Below, piece after piece: positions 9,718 through 17,680 of a DNA stretch of 64,000 nt (position 1 is the stretch's first letter; every line of letters begins with the position of its first letter). Source of the DNA: a virus; IMG/VR virus record IMGVR_UViG_3300017765_000001, positions 46,338-110,337 of that record; one strand, written 5' to 3'. The notes under the pieces were generated by a model, which was given only the letters and a program-made list of their open reading frames with translations, did not search any database and had not been told where the DNA came from. The position numbers and the translations under genes were made by a program.

Positions 9718-9942
9718 TTAACCTCTATTGAAGTATGCATTGAAATATGCACTGATACCATTGGATGTTTTATTGCCTTGAGAAATCCAGGTATCAACAC
9801 ACTCATAAATGTCTTGAGTGCTGTAAGGTGCCTCCTCTATCCTTACACCTCCATATTTATTGAGTAGAATATTAAGGCATCCTGCCCTAAGTTTCATTCT
9901 GTCCTCTGTGTATCTCCAATCTTGGTTAGTCTGGATATCCAT
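9718..9942 (-). CDS. Hypothetical protein
   Basis: DWRYTEDRMKLR...IYECVDTWISQG; start estimated. Confidence 0.55.
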   Translation of the reverse strand: MDIQTNQDWRYTEDRMKLRAGCLNILLNKYGGVRIEEAPYSTQDIYECVDTWISQGNKTSNGISAYFNAYFNRG

Positions 9943-10117
9943 CATCATCATTAAAAATTTCATCATAGTCAGAGATTGGGGCATAGTATGATGCTGGATC
10001 ATCTAAGTTTTCTCTCTTGTCAAGGTATGCAGTAGTATCAGAGTAAACTTCAGACTCTAGTGCATCTACAAGTAATTTAAGATTTCTGACAATTAGTTTG
10101 AGTTTATCCTTTTCCAT
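9926..10117 (-). CDS. Conserved cyanophage hypothetical protein
   Basis: MEKDKLKLIVRNLKLLVDALESEVYSD...DYDEIFNDDDGYPD. Confidence 0.7.
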   Translation of the reverse strand: MEKDKLKLIVRNLKLLVDALESEVYSDTTAYLDKRENLDDPASYYAPISDYDEIFNDDDGYPD

Positions 10118-10139
10118 AGGAGAATATTTACTTGTACTA

Positions 10140-10176
10140 ATTATAGATAAAAAAAGAGGACCAGTCAAGGTCCTCT
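10140..10176 (-). terminator. Intrinsic terminator fused with sigma70 promoter
   Basis: AGAGGAC-CTTGACTG-GTCCTCT plus T-tract; TTGACT(10163-10168)-N17-TATAAT(10140-10145). Confidence 0.75.
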
Positions 10177-10330
10177 AAAAAACTTTCCAATCAGATATGC
10201 CATGTGATTTAAGAAAAATCCATTTAGCATATGATACACCACGATATGTCAAAAGTCTAAAAACTTTTTCTGGATCATGGGTCTCTGGATTGTACTCTGG
10301 AAGATCATAACAAAATTTGATCTTCAGCAT
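10175..10330 (-). CDS. 51-aa DUF4278-like protein
   Basis: MLKIKFCYDLPEYNPETHDPEKVFRLLTYRGVSYAKWIFLKSHGISDWKVF; LTYRGVxY motif; not in the ORF track. Confidence 0.6.
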   Translation of the reverse strand: MLKIKFCYDLPEYNPETHDPEKVFRLLTYRGVSYAKWIFLKSHGISDWKVF

Positions 10331-10340
10331 TTGTCATCCC

Positions 10341-10436
10341 TCAGATTTTTTTTAGAAGGAGTATTTCACCATACCATAATGACATTGTCGCAAAACAAGC
10401 AAGAGTGGTGACTGCTGTGAGTTGTAGTGCTCCCAT
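10341..10436 (-). CDS. 31-aa single-TM micro-protein
   Basis: MGALQLTAVTTLACFATMSLWYGEILLLKKI; GAGG SD. Confidence 0.5.
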   Translation of the reverse strand: MGALQLTAVTTLACFATMSLWYGEILLLKKI

Positions 10437-10443
10437 AATTACC

Positions 10444-10608
10444 TCATTTGGTATAGGTACGACCACGATAGCAGAAGGTGCCATGAGGCTCCTGTCCTGC
10501 CTTACGAACTTCACACTTTACACCACGATATGCAGTGTGAGTGATTCGTGCGTCATGCAGAGCTGCTGCCTTGTTAATTTGCTTCTTAATGATTGTAAGT
10601 GTGTTCAT
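10444..10608 (-). CDS. DUF4278-family small basic protein
   Basis: MNTLTIIKKQINKAAALHDARITHTAYRGV...FCYRGRTYTK with two YRG motifs; AGGAG SD; start moved to 10608. Confidence 0.75.
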   Translation of the reverse strand: MNTLTIIKKQINKAAALHDARITHTAYRGVKCEVRKAGQEPHGTFCYRGRTYTK

Positions 10609-10641
10609 TGATTTCTCCTGAAAGTAAGGGGTTTTTAATCC

Positions 10642-10884
10642 CGTTCCTTCAGTCGTTTGCGTCCCATCTACACTCAGAAGTATAGTCCTGAATGGTTTCA
10701 ATTAATTCTAACTTCCACTCTGCTTTCAGATTCTCATGCTTTTGGATCCTAAGGACCATAGCATCAGCATCTGAACATGTAATGGTTGATGAAAGAAAAA
10801 ATTCAAACATGGGATGAACGCTCCGTTCCGCGACTTACTTGCGTCCTGAGACTGAATTTTACTTCTGACTCTTGGATGAACGAT
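10642..10884 (-). ncRNA. Glutamine riboswitch-like (glnA/Downstream-peptide type) double-aptamer leader
   Basis: Two copies of CGUUCAUCC...GGACGCAA...GGAACG, with AGUA and GAAG E-loop-like elements; upstream of DUF4278 genes. Confidence 0.7.
10649..10810 (-). CDS. 53-aa ORF nested in the riboswitch-like RNA
   Basis: MFEFFLSSTITCSDADAMVLRIQKHENLKAEWKLELIETIQDYTSECRWDAND; GGAG upstream. Confidence 0.6.
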   Translation of the reverse strand: MFEFFLSSTITCSDADAMVLRIQKHENLKAEWKLELIETIQDYTSECRWDAND

Positions 10885-10890
10885 GGTCTT

Positions 10891-10919
10891 ATTATAGACC
10901 TCATGACTTATATAGTCAA
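10891..10919 (-). promoter_or_regulatory. Sigma70-type promoter of the riboswitch operon
   Basis: TTGACT-N17-TATAAT; predicted +1 near 10884, the first base of the aptamer. Confidence 0.8.
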
Positions 10920-10926
10920 GTTTGTA

Positions 10927-10942
10927 TGTAACTTGTGATACA
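10927..10942. promoter_or_regulatory. Putative NtcA box
   Basis: TGTA-ACTTGTGA-TACA matches TGTA-N8-TACA, 7 nt upstream of the -35. Confidence 0.5.
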
Positions 10943-10954
10943 ATTTTACTATTT

Positions 10955-11209
10955 CTACAGAATTATACCTTTGTCTCTAAAAAAGTGTAGCAAATCCTTC
11001 AAACCACCCACATGTCTTGACCCATCACTATCAATTGTAATCTGAGGATACTCTGCCTTCTCTCCAAACTCGGACTTGAATCCAATCTCTGAGAAGTCTT
11101 GGCCTACATGATAGACACTAATATCATGACCACTAAACTGGACACTTTTCAGCAGACTCTCTGCTCTCTCACACTCTTGATTGTCATTTGAGTAAATGAT
11201 TGCTCTCAT
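10955..11209 (-). CDS. Glutaredoxin-fold protein lacking CxxC
   Basis: AIIYSNDNQECER...AEYPQITI...HVGGLKD. Confidence 0.6.
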   Translation of the reverse strand: MRAIIYSNDNQECERAESLLKSVQFSGHDISVYHVGQDFSEIGFKSEFGEKAEYPQITIDSDGSRHVGGLKDLLHFFRDKGIIL

Positions 11210-11523
11210 TAGTCTCTCTGTCTCCAATCGTCTGGTTTGTCCTGTTTAAACCAATCAAGAATTTCATCTGCCCCATCAAATCCATTCTTGTGATTAGATG
11301 GATCAGGATCTCCTAGTCCCATCTTATTCAAAAAGTCATCAGTGCTGCCCTCCTCAATTTCTGAAGTAGACTGACGTCTTGCTTTATTTAACCAATCTCT
11401 TGCAGTTGTGTGTGCCTTTGCTAATTTCTCTACCCAGATCATGTCTTCTAGGGGAACATTCTCTTTATTAGCAATGAGCCTACAAATAGACTCTAAACGA
11501 AGTCTGTATGCAGTAGAAAGCAT
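11209..11523 (-). CDS. Conserved cyanophage hypothetical protein
   Basis: MLSTAYRLRLESIC...GLGDPDPSNH...DDWRQRD. Confidence 0.7.
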   Translation of the reverse strand: MLSTAYRLRLESICRLIANKENVPLEDMIWVEKLAKAHTTARDWLNKARRQSTSEIEEGSTDDFLNKMGLGDPDPSNHKNGFDGADEILDWFKQDKPDDWRQRD

Positions 11524-11524
11524 C

Positions 11525-11719
11525 TTAATCTCTATGCAATTTTGCTTCTAAATCTGTTGTCCTTTGGAAATCAGCATATGCACCTTCAGATCTCTCATGA
11601 AGAATGTCCATGAGATCAGCATAAATTACATCTACCTCAACATAATCATTGAAGTATGAATCAATTGCTTCTTTGAGATACCTTTTACGATTCCACTCAG
11701 GTGAATAAGGCTTATACAT
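11525..11719 (-). CDS. Hypothetical protein
   Basis: MYKPYSPEWNRKRYLKEAID; start estimated. Confidence 0.6.
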   Translation of the reverse strand: MYKPYSPEWNRKRYLKEAIDSYFNDYVEVDVIYADLMDILHERSEGAYADFQRTTDLEAKLHRD

Positions 11720-11766
11720 GATATGAGGAATACATGATTTAATCATATTACTATTTAACCACTTTG

Positions 11767-12093
11767 TCAACGTTCTATCTGACCAATTCTATGTTTTGTA
11801 GCCTCTAGTTTATTGATGATGATGTCACATCCCAATTCAGGTATTGCATTGCCACAGGTAAAAAAGTCTACAGCAGCTTCTCCTCTCTCAGGCCAGGTAT
11901 GAATTGAGATATGACTTTCACTTAGAAGACCCAGAATGGTCACACCATGAGGCGAGAATGATTTAGATACTATTTCTAATAGATTAACTCTACTAGTAGA
12001 GCAAGCCTCTGTGACACACTGTCTAAGAAAATATTCATCATTTAGTAATCCAAATGGGCAACCATACAGATTTACAAAGTAATGCTTACCCAT
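11767..12093 (-). CDS. speD: S-adenosylmethionine decarboxylase proenzyme
   Basis: MGKH, F.PHGVT, LLSE-SHISIHTWPE autocleavage site, DFFTCG. Confidence 0.92.
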   Translation of the reverse strand: MGKHYFVNLYGCPFGLLNDEYFLRQCVTEACSTSRVNLLEIVSKSFSPHGVTILGLLSESHISIHTWPERGEAAVDFFTCGNAIPELGCDIIINKLEATKHRIGQIER

Positions 12094-12271
12094 CTACAGG
12101 ATTATCCTCCAACTCTTTGATCATATTTGAAATAACCTTTTCAGATCCATCCAGAGTTTTCAGTTCAAAGAAATTAGATTTGCGATACTTATTCAGTTTC
12201 TTATATTTTTTGATGAGTTTGTCCAAATCATCTTTGGGCAAATCAAATTCAACATCAAATCCTTTTCCCAT
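12086..12271 (-). CDS. Hypothetical protein
   Basis: MGKGFDVEF...KYKKLNKY..SNFF. Confidence 0.55.
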   Translation of the reverse strand: MGKGFDVEFDLPKDDLDKLIKKYKKLNKYRKSNFFELKTLDGSEKVISNMIKELEDNPVDG

Positions 12272-12272
12272 C

Positions 12273-12539
12273 TTACTTCTTCTTTTTCTCTTTGCTCTCA
12301 ATACCCCAAAGTTTAGGATTACTTCTTCCCTCTGCTTGGTTCATGGTAACAAAATTCTTTTTGTAAGTATCATAATAGTGATCAAATATCTCACTTTGCT
12401 TACCTGCAAAAACTAAGTCATAATGAGATGCATCATCCACTCTATACTCTACAAGGAATGCATTATTGGGTAGTGATTTATCCTGTGCATCAACAGGATC
12501 ACAATCTTCTTTAATGATCTTCAACTTCTTCCTCCCCAT
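12273..12539 (-). CDS. Conserved cyanophage hypothetical protein
   Basis: CDP...LPNNAFLVEY...IFDHYYD...GRSNPKLW. Confidence 0.65.
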   Translation of the reverse strand: MGRKKLKIIKEDCDPVDAQDKSLPNNAFLVEYRVDDASHYDLVFAGKQSEIFDHYYDTYKKNFVTMNQAEGRSNPKLWGIESKEKKKK

Positions 12540-13003
12540 TCAATATCAGGATATGCTTGTGACACAACATCCTTGGTGATTCTATACTTTGATCCTAGCA
12601 CTTTATCCTTAATAAGGCAAATAATTTCTGCCTCACCAGGATGAAGTCCTTCTAGCATTTGGATAAAGATAGACTCTCTACGGGTCTTAGAAAGTCCATC
12701 ATTGCCACCTTTCACAAAGTGATAGAGATTCCTATACTCCTTCCTCAAAGAGGTATGGTCTGTCCCAATGGGTGCCTCATTCTTATTAAAGGGAACTTCC
12801 CCCTCAGGAAGCAAAGAGATCACTGTATCATCAAAGTTCCATATCAAGATTGAAACAAGAGCATCATTTCTATGCTCCTTCAAAATCTCAATCTTCTTAG
12901 CATTAGATCGTTGCTTACTAGCAAACTCCAAAATCTCATGGATAAAAGGATTGGGGGGAAGTTTTTTAGTTACACTAAATTTCTTCTTCGTCGTCTGGGC
13001 CAT
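12521..13003 (-). CDS. Conserved T4-like hypothetical protein
   Basis: LIWNFD..LPEGEVPF, LYHFVKGGN, RESIFIQMLEGLHP.EAE. Confidence 0.75.
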   Translation of the reverse strand: MAQTTKKKFSVTKKLPPNPFIHEILEFASKQRSNAKKIEILKEHRNDALVSILIWNFDDTVISLLPEGEVPFNKNEAPIGTDHTSLRKEYRNLYHFVKGGNDGLSKTRRESIFIQMLEGLHPGEAEIICLIKDKVLGSKYRITKDVVSQAYPDIEWGGRS

Positions 13004-13193
13004 TTTCAAACCTCACTGATAAAATTTCATCTGGGATAATCTGTCCATTCTCATCAAACATTTCAGGGTGGGTGGGAATGTATGTAGCTGTTCTTTGATA
13101 TGCATACTCTCTAAGAAGATATCCAACTACACCTCCAACAACCAGAAACAATAATGAAATGACTGTAGACAGTGTTAGGGTTACTGCTAACAT
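12975..13193 (-). CDS. Small membrane protein
   Basis: N-terminal TM helix then HPEMFDENGQIIPDEI. Confidence 0.7.
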   Translation of the reverse strand: MLAVTLTLSTVISLLFLVVGGVVGYLLREYAYQRTATYIPTHPEMFDENGQIIPDEILSVRFENGPDDEEEI

Positions 13194-13194
13194 T

Positions 13195-13461
13195 TTACCT
13201 CTCCCCTCTAGGACTGTGTTTTAAGACATCCAATGAGAAGTCTAGATTAATGTGAATCTCCCTTCTTAGTAAGGAGATCACCTTACCAAACCTCACTTGG
13301 AAAGTTTTTGGTCTGGGTTTCCTCCTTTTGTTTCTTAATAGTAATTCTACACCTCTGTTCATTTTGAGGGTATCATCACTTTTGACTTTATTTAGAGGAC
13401 TTTCTTCTCCTCCCTGGTCTTTTGTCACTACTGTACCTCCATCCATCAAGAAGAATCCCAT
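13195..13461 (-). CDS. Hypothetical protein (true start probably further downstream)
   Basis: NRGVELLLRNKRRKP.PKTFQVRFGK. Confidence 0.55.
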   Translation of the reverse strand: MGFFLMDGGTVVTKDQGGEESPLNKVKSDDTLKMNRGVELLLRNKRRKPRPKTFQVRFGKVISLLRREIHINLDFSLDVLKHSPRGER

Positions 13462-13738
13462 ATAGGTATTCTTTTATTTTTCTTGCCTGAGGTTTAGATA
13501 TGAAACCATAAGCCTCTCTCAGTTGTTTGTGCTCATCATCAGCACCACCTTTGATATATTCTTCAAGTTGTAAAGTCAAATCACTCAGCTCTGCAGCAAC
13601 AGAGCTTTCATTAAAGGCATCAATCTCATGCTTCTTGATTTTGTTATCTTTAAGAAAATCATAAAACTTGAAATTTAGATTGCCCCTGAAGGCATTGTCA
13701 ATTACATGCTCAATCATATCATAGGTTTCCTCATTCAT
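13388..13738 (-). CDS. Conserved cyanophage hypothetical protein
   Basis: YIKGGADDEHKQLREAYGFISKPQARKIK. Confidence 0.7.
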   Translation of the reverse strand: MNEETYDMIEHVIDNAFRGNLNFKFYDFLKDNKIKKHEIDAFNESSVAAELSDLTLQLEEYIKGGADDEHKQLREAYGFISKPQARKIKEYLYGILLDGWRYSSDKRPGRRRKSSK

Positions 13739-13974
13739 TACACCAGTTTGTTTTCTCTGAGATATTTAACCGTATCCACACATCCACCAAGTTTCTCTTG
13801 ATCTTTGAGAACCTGAGGGAATGTGGAACCCTGTCCAAAGACATCATAGAATTGATCTCTATCAAAGTCTCTTCCTAGTTTGTACTCCACAAATTTCAAC
13901 TCTGCTAATTGTAGGACACTGATGACCTTTGTGCAATAGGGACATCCATTTTTACTGTAAACTGTGAACATCAT
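13738..13974 (-). CDS. Glutaredoxin
   Basis: CPYC active site, TFPQV, LGGC. Confidence 0.92.
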   Translation of the reverse strand: MMFTVYSKNGCPYCTKVISVLQLAELKFVEYKLGRDFDRDQFYDVFGQGSTFPQVLKDQEKLGGCVDTVKYLRENKLV

Positions 13975-14078
13975 AATAGAACTATAACTATAAAAGGAAT
14001 TGCAATTATGCTTAATGATATGAGAATGCCCCCTACAATGTCAAGTAGGGGGCGTAAACTGAATGGGTCTTCTGTCAT
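13971..14078 (-). CDS. 35-aa single-TM micro-protein
   Basis: MTEDPFSLRPLLDIVGGILISLSIIAIPFIVIVLL; ATGA overlaps at both ends. Confidence 0.5.
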   Translation of the reverse strand: MTEDPFSLRPLLDIVGGILISLSIIAIPFIVIVLL

Positions 14079-14389
14079 TTAGATTGGTGAGGGTGGGCAG
14101 GTTTGAATTCACCTTCTGGAAATGGTTTTGAAGGTTCAAAAGGACTGCGATCCAGATTCTTGATGACTATGAATGCATCCTTATTATATTTACGTGTTCC
14201 ATATGGTGCAGCCCATTTCTTGTTATAGTTTTCACCTTGATGAATACCAGAAACCTGAGTGCCACCAATCTCTACCACCACATCATCATAACATTCCCAA
14301 CCGAGAGTGGAGATTACCTCTGATAATTTTCCAGACACTGTTTTCATTACTGCTGAAGCTTTTCTACTTGAGGAAACTTGATCTGCCAT
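14075..14389 (-). CDS. Hypothetical protein
   Basis: 104-aa ORF, LGWECYDDVVVEIGGT. Confidence 0.65.
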   Translation of the reverse strand: MADQVSSSRKASAVMKTVSGKLSEVISTLGWECYDDVVVEIGGTQVSGIHQGENYNKKWAAPYGTRKYNKDAFIVIKNLDRSPFEPSKPFPEGEFKPAHPHQSK

Positions 14390-14390
14390 T

Positions 14391-14413
14391 AAAAAAGGAG
14401 GATTTCTCCTCCT
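14391..14413 (-). terminator. Intrinsic terminator
   Basis: AGGAGGA-GAAA-TCCTCCT plus T-tract. Confidence 0.7.
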
Positions 14414-14419
14414 AGCATA

Positions 14420-14638
14420 TCATTCTTTATCATCCTTGTAAAGGTCTTCTAACCTCTCTCTTGAGAGGTCCACATACATTACCTCATCACCTGGAGCAGG
14501 TGCCTCTGGATGCCTTGGTTTGGGAGGTTCATCCATCATTTTATTGATAGATTGAATGTTCCCCCACATCATTGCAAAAGCAGCTCCACCAATGGCAGCA
14601 AAGCATACAAAATAGAAAAAGACTTCAAAGTTATTCAT
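14420..14638 (-). CDS. Small membrane protein (DUF2973-like)
   Basis: TM helix then RHPEAP.PGDEVMYV. Confidence 0.6.
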   Translation of the reverse strand: MNNFEVFFYFVCFAAIGGAAFAMMWGNIQSINKMMDEPPKPRHPEAPAPGDEVMYVDLSRERLEDLYKDDKE

Positions 14639-14880
14639 GCTTCCTGTAGAGATTGAACTGTGTTATGAAGTTCTCCAATATCACGAAGACCTTCAACGCT
14701 AAACCAAGGAGCATTTGCCCAACTGAATCCTTCACCCATTGTGCTATCAGGTGCTGTGATATACCAATGACATGCTGTGTCTGGTACATCAACAGCACAC
14801 TTAGACCAATCATCACTCCACTGTGGGACTTGTACCCACATTAGAGCAGCAAACATTAAAGTGAATAGAGATTTAATCAT
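14635..14880 (-). CDS. Exported Cys/Trp-rich hypothetical protein
   Basis: Hydrophobic N-terminus; QVPQWSDDWSKCAVDVPDTACHWY; coupled to the DoxX gene. Confidence 0.65.
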   Translation of the reverse strand: MIKSLFTLMFAALMWVQVPQWSDDWSKCAVDVPDTACHWYITAPDSTMGEGFSWANAPWFSVEGLRDIGELHNTVQSLQEA

Positions 14881-15271
14881 TTGTGAGTCTTAGTTTTATG
14901 AGATGATCTAGTGAGAAGTTACCCCCACCATTGAGAAAGACACATGCTGCACCTCCCCAGTAAAGAATTAAAAGTTCTAGCAAATATATGTTAAATCCAG
15001 ATGTAACTAGAGCATGATAAATTGCGAATGATATTGTACCTAGGATTGCTAGGGCACCCAGACGAGTGCCAAGTCCAAAGATAACCAACCAACTCCCCAC
15101 AATCTCAGAGAATGCTGCGAAGTATGAGGATAAGATTGGGAATGGAAGATGCAATGGTCTTACAAATGCATCCGCAAAGTTTTCAATGTTCTCTAGTTTC
15201 TCATATCCATGATGGATGAGCATGGTGCCTAATGCTATACGAAGTAATAAGAATCCTAAAGACTGAATCAC
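14873..15271 (-). CDS. DoxX-family membrane protein
   Basis: LLLRIALG...HHGYEKL...E..G...GLGTRLGAL...G.G.FSLD. Confidence 0.85.
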   Translation of the reverse strand: MIQSLGFLLLRIALGTMLIHHGYEKLENIENFADAFVRPLHLPFPILSSYFAAFSEIVGSWLVIFGLGTRLGALAILGTISFAIYHALVTSGFNIYLLELLILYWGGAACVFLNGGGNFSLDHLIKLRLTND

Positions 15272-16323
15272 AATGCATTACCTCTGGGAAGCACTTCCTC
15301 TGGAAACACGAAGTTCTCATGAGGTTGATCCACTGGTGCCATCCAAGCACGTAGACCTTCATTCAGAAGGATGTTCTTTGTGTAGAAGGTTTCAAATTCT
15401 GGATCCTCTGCTGCTCTGATTTCTTGGGAAACGAAATCATAAGCCCTAAGGTTGAGAGCAAGACCAATAATACCGATGGAACTTGTCCACAAACCCATAA
15501 CAGGAACAAACAGCATAAAGAAATGCAACCACCTCTTATTACTAAACGCAATACCAAAGATCTGAGACCAGAAACGGTTTGCTGTAACCATTGAATAAGT
15601 TTCTTCTTCTTGAGTGCTGTCAAATGCTTTGAAAGTATTTGCCTGATCACCATCTTCATACAGAGTGTTCTCAACTGTTACACCATGGATAGCACTCAGT
15701 AGTGCTCCACCAAGTATACCAGCAACTCCCATCATATGGAAGGGATTGAGCGTCCAATTATGAAAGCCCTGGAGGAAGAGAAGGAAGCGGAATATCGCCG
15801 CGCCACCGAAACTCGGCGCAAAGAACCAACTAGACTGTCCGAGTGGATAGATGAGGAAAACAGAGACAAAAACAGCAATAGGCCCAGAGAACGCAATAGC
15901 ATTGTAAGGACGGATTCCTATGAGACGACTAAGTTCAAACTGCCTAAGCATGAAACCAATGAGGGCAAATGCACCGTGGAGAGCAACAAAGGCCCAAAAC
16001 CCTCCAAGTTGGCACCACCTGACAAAGTCTCCTTGAGCTTCAGGACCCCAAAGTAGAAGAAGAGAATGACCCATAGCATCAGCAGGCGTTGACACAGCCG
16101 CTGTAAGAAAATTAGCACCCTCAAGGTAACTGCTTGCGAGTCCGTGGGTGTACCAGCTCGTAACAAAGGTAGTGCCAGTAAGCCAGCCCCCAATTGCAAG
16201 ATAAGCAGTGGGAAAAAGAAGTAGTCCAGACCAACCCACAAAGACAAAGCGATCCCGTTTAAGCCAGTCATCAAGGATATCAAACCATCCCCTCCTTGTT
16301 TGTTGAATTGTTGATGCAACCAT
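15268..16323 (-). CDS. psbD: Photosystem II D2 protein
   Basis: [16 protein letters not shown]...[10 protein letters not shown]...[10 protein letters not shown]. Confidence 0.99.
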   Translation of the reverse strand: MVASTIQQTRRGWFDILDDWLKRDRFVFVGWSGLLLFPTAYLAIGGWLTGTTFVTSWYTHGLASSYLEGANFLTAAVSTPADAMGHSLLLLWGPEAQGDFVRWCQLGGFWAFVALHGAFALIGFMLRQFELSRLIGIRPYNAIAFSGPIAVFVSVFLIYPLGQSSWFFAPSFGGAAIFRFLLFLQGFHNWTLNPFHMMGVAGILGGALLSAIHGVTVENTLYEDGDQANTFKAFDSTQEEETYSMVTANRFWSQIFGIAFSNKRWLHFFMLFVPVMGLWTSSIGIIGLALNLRAYDFVSQEIRAAEDPEFETFYTKNILLNEGLRAWMAPVDQPHENFVFPEEVLPRGNAL

Positions 16324-16344
16324 TTTTATTTACCATTTAAGACT

Positions 16345-16370
16345 AAAAAAAGGGGTGCTGTTAACACCCC
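16345..16370 (-). terminator. Intrinsic terminator between psbA and psbD
   Basis: GGGGTG-TTAACAG-CACCCC plus T7. Confidence 0.75.
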
Positions 16371-16392
16371 ATTGTTGTGATTTTATGACAGA

Positions 16393-17469
16393 TCAACCAA
16401 TGGCTGGTGCCTGAAGTGCCACAGGAGTGGACTCAGAAGCAGCAAGGTCCAGAGGGAAGTTATGAGCATTGCGCTCATGCATGACTTCCATTCCAAGACC
16501 AGCACGGTTGAGGACATCTGCCCAAGTGTTGATCACTTTACCTTGAGACTCCACAATGGACTGGTTGAAGTTGAAACCATTGAGGTTGAATGCCATGGTG
16601 CTAACACCAAGAGCAGTGAACCAGATACCAACAACAGGCCATGCAGCTAAGAAGAAGTGCAGGGAACGGGAATTGTTGAAGGATGCATACTGGAAGATGA
16701 GTCTTCCAAAGTATCCGTGTGCAGCAACAATGTTGTAGGTCTCTTCCTCTTGTCCAAACTTGTAACCATAGTTCTGGGACTCAGTTTCTGTGGTTTCACG
16801 AACCAGCGAAGAAGTAACAAGACTTCCATGCATAGCAGAGAACAGAGATCCACCGAATACCCCAGCAACACCGAGCATGTGGAACGGATGCATAAGGATA
16901 TTGTGTTCTGCTTGGAATACAAGCATATAGTTAAAAGTACCAGAGATACCAAGAGGCATACCATCGGAGAAACTACCTTGACCGAAAGGATAAACAAGGA
17001 ATACTGCAGATGCTGCTGCTACAGGAGCAGAGTAAGCAACACAGATCCAGGGACGCATACCCAGTCTGTAAGACAGTTCCCACTCACGACCCATATAGGC
17101 AAAGACGCCAATGAGGAAGTGGAATACAACTAACTGGTAAGGACCACCATTGTACAACCACTCATCCAGAGAGGCTGCTTCCCAGATGGGATAGAAGTGA
17201 AGTCCAATAGCATTTGAGGAAGGAACAACAGCACCAGAGATGATGTTGTTACCATACATTAGAGAACCAGCAACTGGTTCACGGATGCCATCAATGTCTA
17301 CAGGAGGTGCAGCAACGAAGGCAACAATGAAGCAGATTGTGGCAGCAAGCAGGGTAGGAATCATGAGGACTCCAAACCAACCAACATACAAACGATTATT
17401 GGTTGATGTGACCCACTCACAGAAATTATCCCAGACTGACGGGGATTGTTGACGTGTAAGAGTTGACAT
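16393..17469 (-). CDS. psbA: Photosystem II D1 protein
   Basis: [41 protein letters not shown]; no intron. Confidence 0.99.
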   Translation of the reverse strand: MSTLTRQQSPSVWDNFCEWVTSTNNRLYVGWFGVLMIPTLLAATICFIVAFVAAPPVDIDGIREPVAGSLMYGNNIISGAVVPSSNAIGLHFYPIWEAASLDEWLYNGGPYQLVVFHFLIGVFAYMGREWELSYRLGMRPWICVAYSAPVAAASAVFLVYPFGQGSFSDGMPLGISGTFNYMLVFQAEHNILMHPFHMLGVAGVFGGSLFSAMHGSLVTSSLVRETTETESQNYGYKFGQEEETYNIVAAHGYFGRLIFQYASFNNSRSLHFFLAAWPVVGIWFTALGVSTMAFNLNGFNFNQSIVESQGKVINTWADVLNRAGLGMEVMHERNAHNFPLDLAASESTPVALQAPAIG

Positions 17470-17504
17470 TTGAAAAAGGGTTAAGTAAAAGTGCGGGGAA
17501 CACT

Positions 17505-17600
17505 AGGAAAAATATTCCAACTCTACCCTCCAGAGTTGGTATGAGAGACGTTTTTTACTTCCCTAGAGGTCTCGGTTTAAGGGGAAGAGTAAAAAGGTGA
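17505..17600 (-). ncRNA. PhotoRC-II-like structured psbA leader (boundaries approximate)
   Basis: TTCCC/GGGAA stem with GAGAC in its loop complementary to downstream GTCTC (pseudoknot), then CCAACTCT/AGAGTTGG hairpin; directly 5' of phage psbA. Confidence 0.6.
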
Positions 17601-17622
17601 GGAAACCCCCACCACTTCCACT

Positions 17623-17656
17623 TATTTATATTAAGTTAGTTTAAGTGTTTTGTCAA
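17623..17656 (-). promoter_or_regulatory. Overlapping sigma70-type and late promoters for psbA
   Basis: TTGACA(17651-17656)-N17-TAATAT overlapping TATAAATA(17623-17630). Confidence 0.65.
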
Positions 17657-17680
17657 GCACTTTGGACACTTTGAAAATTG

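Noticed and set aside
15363-17452. Alternative-frame and antisense ORFs inside psbA/psbD
   Set aside because: Shadows of biased codon usage in conserved genes; no SD or recognisable motifs
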